Assembly (NCBI RefSeq): GCF_009914755.1
Contig: NC_060935.1
Strand: one strand, 5' to 3'
Source: the human T2T-CHM13v2.0 reference genome, Homo sapiens
Length of the DNA: 64,000 nt
Shown: positions 55,289 through 64,000 of the stretch, in pieces
Layout: each line of letters starts with the position of its first letter
Position numbering within the stretch: position 1 is the stretch's first letter
Program-made: the position numbers and the translations under genes
Notes under the pieces: generated by a model
Database searches by the model: none
Seen by the model: only the letters and a program-made list of their open reading frames with translations
What the model was told of the DNA's origin: nothing

Positions 55289-56174
55289 AAGAGCCAAGAG
55301 CCTAGACCATCTTGAGGTGCCAAAAAGCTAACTAAGGTCATGACCTCAAAACAGGTGGGAAGACATTGAAAGGACACAGAGGCCAACATAAAAGAGAATG
55401 CAATGGTCAAAGCTGCAACAATCAGAGGAACAGTAGCAACCAAAAAACTGATAGTACTGGATCTTCAAGTCCATAATGACATAAATAAGTAAGTAAATAG
55501 AGAAGAAGGGACAAATTTTCCTTACAGAAGAATTCCATTAATAAATATAGAAAGAATGAAGGAAATCAAAACTTACAATTAAAATACCACAGTATTAATT
55601 ACTGGAAATAAGATCACCCATGGATGCTAAAATTAGCGAGTAAAAGTTTAAGGTGAAACAGGATATTTGCATAGTCTCAAAGTATTTTCCCAAAAATATT
55701 TATTAATTGAAAAGTAGAAAATGGGAACTTTACAGCAGAGAAAGCTGTTACACATTCCCTTAATCAAATGATGAGGGGGGCAATGAGAAAAATCAACATC
55801 ATATGGTGACTACCCATTCCCCTTACCAATGCTGCTATTCTACCTTTCATTTGGCTTAAATTCTTAGAATTACTTATGAGTTTTCCTTTCAACTCATCAT
55901 CCCTACTTTGGCATAGTACAAAAAAATGGTAGACCTGGGAAGCTCTATGGAAGAGAAGGAACAAATCCCAGTGGTGCAAAGTTATATGAAGACCACACAC
56001 ATATCTAAACTCTGGCCTGCCCCTCCTTTGAAACTCACAGTTTATTCAAGAACTCACACATAAGGTAACACAAGTCAGCCTCTTAAACCCTTTCTTTTAC
56101 CGAGTATTTAACCTAAGTCTGCATTCACTGAATGCACAGAGTAGTCTGCATTCAATAAATGTGTTCAATAAATA

Positions 56175-56478
56175 TAGCTGGCCCTCTGTATTGGCAGATT
56201 CGTGGATTCAACCAACTAAAGATCGAAATATTCAGGAAAAAAACAATAAAAAATAACAACGAAAAATATAAATTTTTAAAGCAATACAGTATAACAACTA
56301 TTTAAACAGTATTTACATTGTATCAGGTATTACAAGTAATCTAGAGATGATTTAAAGTACATAGGAGGATATATGTAGGTTATATGCAAATGCTATACCA
56401 TTTTATTCAAGGGATTTCAGCATCCCAGGATTTTAGGTCCTGGACCGAACACCCCCCGTGGATACCAAGGGACAACTG
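56175..56478. mobile_element. MER2 (Tigger-type MITE)
   Basis: TA-flanked; GGCCCTCTGTAT...GGATACCAAGGGACAACTG. Confidence 0.8.
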
Positions 56479-57325
56479 TAATAAATTATATAATCAGGCC
56501 CCAAATCCTTTGAGTTCTTCCCTGACAACTTCTCCGGTGTGTCCCTCCCATTTCTGTTTCATTGCCATCACTGTCACCACCTCACATTTTTACTGCAGTG
56601 ATCAGATAATAAATCTTGCTTCTTCAAGTCTGTCTTCTTTTCAATCAATCCTATACCCTGCCAACAGATTAAATTTCTTAAAACTACTAACAAAAGAAAG
56701 GTAATCTAGCTATATTTGTATATCCTGGAAGAACACTTGCATATATGTAGCAGGAAACATGTCTAAGAATGTTCATAACAGCAAGGTTTATAAAAGCAAA
56801 AAACTCCTGTTCACTGACAGGAGGCAAAGCATAACTGTACACATCAGTAAAAATAAATTACACATCCAAGCATCAAAATGGATCTCAGTAATGTAATGCT
56901 GAACATAAGTTGGCTGTAAATATAGCATAATATGAGTATACATGTGATTAAACAGCAAAGAAAAGCAATGAAATAATTAATTCAAAATTAATAATGCTTC
57001 CCTTTGGGATAGGGGGAAGCAGGTGGGATCAGGGAAAAGGAATGGGATAAAGGAATGGATAATCCAACAAAAAGATTCTACCTTTTTGTTGAATTGAGGA
57101 GTATTCATGTGTATGCCTTATCCTTATGTTACAAATATTCTTGTAGGTATTAATATATACTAAAAACAATTTCAAAATGAAATCACACAAAGCAAATCTA
57201 TGTTTTGTCTGATCTTGCATTGACAACCTTGAAAGATTAAGGGCATTTCACTAAAATAGGTAAGCTCAGAAACAGATTTGGGAAGCCTCAGCACTTGGCT
57301 CAAACTTTTTCAGAGAAAAGTTTTA

Positions 57326-57487
<162 letters not shown>

Positions 57488-57600
57488 TTAAAAAATGAAT
57501 CTATTTTGCTTCTAAATTATGTCCTTCTCAAAGTATTTCACTTTACTGTTGGGAGATATATTTGAATTCTGGAATAATTTATAAGTGGGTATGTTGCAGG

Positions 57601-58070
<470 letters not shown>

Positions 58071-59727
58071 TGATAACAGTAGTTAGTTGCATTTGAAAAA
58101 CATTTTCCATTTCAGACATATACATGTTCAAAACCAGCAAAATGTAGAATAAAAATGTGAGTTTTCTATGGTAAAATTCTTATTAAAACTTCTAGTAATA
58201 CTATTTTTCACCATCCCTTTGTTATAAATTATATATACTTTTGATCTAATATATACATTATAACATGTGCAGAAATAAATATTAAAAGGGATGATAAAAG
58301 TGTATTTAAAAACAATATTCTTACATTGTTTTAATATATTGTGCTTTTTAAATAACTCAATGACTTTCAAACAATTCTCATACTCCACAGGTTCACCTTG
58401 ATCTAGTGAAAGAAACTAACAAAAACAAGTCAACAAAATAGTTACAAATATTAAATATTATAAAAGGAGAAAAAGCCAGGATGCTAAGATGGCGAATTAA
58501 CACTATGGAATTAAAAGGGTGGACAACACTGCTACTTTATATACGGATTAGAGAGGGTCTCAGAAGAAAAGCCAACAATGTAGAAGTCTAGAAGTTAGAA
58601 GTGGCCTAGCTCCCAAGGAGAATGCTACAGGAGTGGCCAATGGAATACATGGCTGAGGTGGAATGTAGAACATGTAACTGGAGACAAAAAAGTCAAGGCA
58701 CACAAAGCCCAAGGCATTAGAAGATTAATCTACTTGAGTGTTGAAACACTAAAAACACTGGCAAAATTGAAGGTAGGTAAGTAGGTAAAAAGTCTGAGAG
58801 AAAAAGCAATGCGGTTTAGCCAGATGGCAGAAGCTTAAAGGAACAGTGTGTTTGCAGGCAGAAAAGGAAGCAGTGGGTGGAGCAAGGAGAACAGTGATCC
58901 CCGCTTCTTTCCAAAAGCCCAGGGGTAAGAGAACTGCATGGGACACAGGAACCTCAGGGGACAGCTGGGCTTCACTGAAGGTTAGAAAGTGGAGGTAACA
59001 TTCAGAGAAGAGACTGATAATAATGAGGAATCTGATAATTATAAAAAGAGTTCTAGAGTTTATAATGAAGAGCTGGGGGACAGGGAGGGGTGCAGGGTGG
59101 AGACAGAGTCCAGTTAAGGAAGGTATAATAGAACAGGATAAGATAAGAGTTTGGGAGAAAATGGATGACTGGAGAGATGTGCTTCTGGTGGTGACTGAGG
59201 CATAATGGAATCTGTCCTTAGTCTGAATGGAGGAGGAAAGGCAATTTTCTGGAGATATGATCCCTAATAACACTGCAGTGATTAAAACAACTGTTAATAG
59301 CTTTTTTAAGAAAAGTATATTTCACTTCCTGCTCTTTCACTTGCAGAATCAGATATAACATCCAGATTTCATTTTCCTTATCTCTAAAATATAAATAACC
59401 ATGATGCTTTTCTACTTGCCAGAGGTATTATGAAAGCTGCACAAAATTATAAGCTAGCGGTATTGTACAGTGAAGCATTAGACCTTTCAAAGACTTCCAA
59501 GATATCAAAGTGCAGTTTTGCTAATTATTCTATAATTCTAACATTCAGGATTCTACACCTGAGTCTAAAAAAAACCCAAAATAATAAATAGTAACGAAAA
59601 GACATTTTTTCACCAAAAATTTTTACCAAAACCATCCATCATTTTTTATAGTCACCAATAAAGAATAAGGTTTGCCCCATTTTTTCCAAACAGATACAAA
59701 CTTATCTCCAAATTTCTCAATTGTTTA

Positions 59728-59913
<186 letters not shown>

Positions 59914-60710
59914 CTATGCAAAATAATTTCAAAGAATGTTAGTGTGTATGTAAAAGTAGGTATCTGCATGAATATCGTATCACCTGTTAAAAGCATACTC
60001 CATATTCTACTTACAAAAACATAGATGAGGATAGTGTCTTCTCAAAACAAAATTACAATAGTAAAAGTATTTGCTACATTTTTGTACTACAAATCACCTA
60101 CAGCAACTGGAATCACATGCCAAAGGCAAGGTTAATATCTCATCAAAACTTATGATGTCTTGGCCACAAAAAAATAAAAATTAGCCATGAGATAAATGCT
60201 TTGTAATATTAAGCAACCGTCTTAAAGCCTGGGGAAAAAAGACCATAGATAATCAGTGATTCATAATATTAATGACCAGATAAAATGAAAAAATACTTGT
60301 AGGATCTCTAGTCTTAATTCCATATCAAACAGGTAATAAGATAATCTAATTTAGATTTAAAGATGGTCTTGAACAATCATTTCCTAAAAGTGAGATTTTA
60401 TAAGATAGTTATAAAAACACTGACAAACTGTAAACCACTATACAGATGTTAGGTGTTCACTCCTACTCCTGGCTTCTTATTGTTAACATCAGTATTAATG
60501 AAATAAAAGCATAGCTCATACACCAATTCTTATTTCAGATTTTTAAAAAATCTAAAAAGCAGTATAAAAGCTTGTATGAATGTGAAAAGTCAACTTGACT
60601 TTTGACTCAATTTGACTACACAATGAGAAAAAGGGAAGGCATGCTTTCCACAGACAAACTAAACTGATCATTTCCAAAATTCCAACAAACTCTAAGAAAA
60701 CAATAATTAC

Positions 60711-60798
60711 CCCTGTGGGATCGTCATGATTGCCATGAATACTAAACACTGGAATTGAAATGTTGAGGTTGCCATCTTGATAGTTCACCCATGGAAAC
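60711..60798 (-). CDS. MRE11: MRE11 exon 5 (88 nt): (K)[29 protein letters not shown], phosphoesterase motif III with catalytic H129
   Basis: Translation matches human MRE11 aa 105-134; acceptor T11-AAG|G, donor GGG|GTAATT. Confidence 0.98.
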
Positions 60799-60801
60799 CT
60801 T

Positions 60802-60812
60802 AAAAAAAAAAA
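60802..60812 (-). repeat. T11 mononucleotide tract of the intron 4 acceptor
   Basis: 11 A on the plus strand directly before AAG|exon 5. Confidence 0.95.
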
Positions 60813-62063
60813 GTTACTTAAAATTTCCATACGGGACAAAAGCTGTTTTCCCTAAGATTCTCCTCCAAAATATTAATGCAATCATAGGCAAACTGCATAA
60901 TCTACATTGGCATATGACCACTAGTTTAGAGCTTTAAAAAATAAAATCATAGGCGACAATTCATTTCAATTAGTTTGAAAATATCTCAAAGCACTACATT
61001 TTAAAGAAACCCCAACTATAATAAACAGTGCTTGTGGTATGTATGAGTAGTATATCTAATTAATGAAAAGTTAATAAGCCTTCAAAATTTTAAAAACTTA
61101 GCATATGGTTTTTATTCGTAGTGGGGGGAGGGAAGAAAATCCATATACTTTAGAATCCCAAAGAGGTAGATTAAAACTCCCAGCTCTATCACTTATTGCC
61201 TGTTCAAATTAAAGTCTCCTGTCAGCCCCTGCCCCCAGCCATCCAGCTCCTCTTCTCAGAGGCAAATAATGTTAGCAATTTCTAGTGCATCTTTCAAAAG
61301 GATCCTATACCTATCCACACAAATAAACAGATTTTTCTTTCTCCTTACATAAATGATAGAAAAATATACATTTCTGCATCCTGCTTTTATCACTCAACAT
61401 ATTTTAGAAATCATTCCACATCAGTACATGAAGACCTTTCTTCTGCTCTGTCAGCCACACAGTACTCCATTGCATGGATCACCACAATGTGTTTGAGCAG
61501 TTCCCTACCAATGGACATTTAGATTCTTGGCAGTCTTGTTTTACAAACAATGCTACAGTCAGTAATCTTGTACAAAGTAATCTTCTACAGCGAGTAATCT
61601 TGTTGCCCTGGTGAGTCGACCTGTAAAGGAATACCTGGAAGGGAATTGTTAGGTCAAAGAGTACATGTATTTGTAATTTTGATAGGTGCTGCCAATTTCC
61701 CACCATAGAGATTTACACATAATGCAATGGCAGTGCACAAGAGGGACAGTTTTCCCCTACCTCACTAACACAGTATGTCATCCAGCTCTTAAATCTATGC
61801 TAGCAGTTCTTAATGCTAGCAGCATGTTGGAATTATCTTGGGGATCTTTCAAGAAATGCCAATGCCCATGACATACTTGGAGAGACTCTAAGTTAGTTGG
61901 CCTGGAGAGGGGGCCATCCATATTTTCAAAGGTTCTTAGGTAACTGTACTGTGCACTCAGGATTGAGAGTCACAGACCTATGCCAACCTTATAGGAGAAA
62001 AATATTTCAGTATAGCTCTGTCTTTTTCTTATGAGTGAAATCAAACTTTTAAAAATAGGTTTA

Positions 62064-62363
62064 GGCCGGATGCGGTGGCTCACATCTGTAATCCCAGCAC
62101 TTTGGGAGGCCGAGGTGGGCAGATCACCTGAGGTCAGGAGTTCGAGATGAGCCTGGCCAACATGGTGAAACCCTGTCTCTACTAAAAACACAAAAATTAG
62201 CCGTGCATGGTGGCACATGCCTGTAGTCCCAGCTACTTGGGAGACTGAGGCAGGACAAGTGCTTGAATCTGGGAGGCAGAGGTTGCAGTAAGCCGAGATC
62301 GCGCCACTGCTCTCCAACCTGGGCGACAAAGCAAGACTCTGTCTCGAAAAAAAAAAATAAAAG
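62064..62363 (+). mobile_element. AluS
   Basis: Alu consensus. Confidence 0.92.
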
Positions 62364-63507
62364 TTAAATGTCATGTTATTTCCTTTTCTGTGAAGTATGT
62401 CCATATTCTTTATTTATTACTAACTCATGAATTTTATTGTCTTGAAAGAACTGCTTATTGGGGAATTCAACCTTAATTTGCAATTGGTTGCAAATATTCT
62501 TCCTGATTGAACTGTGACTTCTGGCTTTGCTTCAGGCAGTTTTTGGCATGCAGAAATTTATTTTTGCAAAGACAAATGTATGAATCTTTTATGACTTCTG
62601 GGTCTTGTGTCATACTTAGAAGCCTTCCCCACACCTAGATTTTTAAAATATGTGTAACAGTTTCTCCTAGCAGTTTTACTGAATCCATTATTTCCCCTAC
62701 ATTGTGAGACGGTGACCTTCATCAAATACTCAATTCCTACATGTATTTGAGGCTATTTCTAGAGTTTCTATTCTCTTTCACTTACCTATCTACTAATTCA
62801 TGAGCCATACCACATTTTCAATTATTGTAGCATTGTTATACTTCAAATCTAATTGGCTACTAACTCCTTAGTAGTCTTCTTTTTTGGGATTTCCCTATCT
62901 TTGCCTATTTTCTACATGAACTGTGAACTGGAAGATTAAATTATCCAAAATGAAACACAAAGAGGTAAAGTTATGGGCAATATTTTTTTTAATAGTATGC
63001 TATATAAATGATATTCAGAAAGAGAAAGGAAACAATATTTGAAAACATAATGAATAGAATGGGAATTTCCCCAAGTTGCTGAAAAACAATATTACATTAG
63101 AATATATGATAAAGCCCACGCGGAACAAACAGAATTAAATCCACAGCTAAATAAGACTGCAACATGTTAAGAACAACGAGAAAATCTTAAGTTACCCAAG
63201 TATTGTCTTTATGCTGGTCACTACTCTAGCCATTTTTCTTATCATCTCAATCTTCTCAACTCTGTAAGATTGGCACATTTCTTTCCCATGTTATGAAGGA
63301 CAGAACTAAGGTAGAGTAGTTAAGTGACTAACATAATTTTACAACTACTAAATGACAGAACCAGGATTTGAACTCCAGCTGTTTTATACCGGAACCCATG
63401 CTCTTAATCACTATGCTAAACTTTCTAGCAACTCACCTAACAGTAGACTCCTCAACAGCAACAAAAAATAAGAGTTTACCACTCACTGACACTCCATGAA
63501 AAAACTA

Positions 63508-63998
<491 letters not shown>

Positions 63999-64000
63999 TG

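Noticed and set aside
58749-59273. 174-aa minus-strand ORF
   Set aside because: Low-complexity Leu/Ser-rich translation of purine-skewed DNA resembling an old L2 remnant; no domain or splice support seen
61561-61603. Triple AGTAATCTT repeat with short spacers
   Set aside because: Slippage duplication within an old L1 fragment; not CRISPR-like in size or context

Overview
Human (primate) genomic DNA containing the 3' three-quarters of the MRE11 (MRE11A) gene on the minus strand. I located 16 coding exons (exons 5-20, standard numbering recalled from NM_005591) with GT-AG boundaries. They splice in frame to residues 105-708 of MRE11: nuclease motif GNHD, capping domain, RAD50-binding region, GAR motif and C-terminus ...DDDDDPFMNTSSLRRNRR*. 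Exons 1-4 lie beyond position 64000, and the 3' UTR runs off position 1. The introns are repeat-dense: about 24 Alu copies or fragments, a near full-length old L1PA in intron 19, a 5'-truncated L1PA4/5-like element in intron 11, three solo LTRs, nested Tigger-type DNA transposons, and the MADE1-derived microRNA hairpin MIR548L in intron 10. I see no new multi-gene system. The best leads are RNA-processing hypotheses: (1) an inverted Alu pair tightly enclosing cassette exon 16; (2) an exon-like island with acidic tail and AATAAA in intron 19, possibly a decayed alternative last exon; (3) a reconstituted 5' splice site at the exon 13/14 junction; (4) a branch point/polypyrimidine/AG array in the 3' UTR; (5) several fold-back (template-switch) scars. 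Repeat subfamily names come from recalled consensus sequences and repeat boundaries are approximate.
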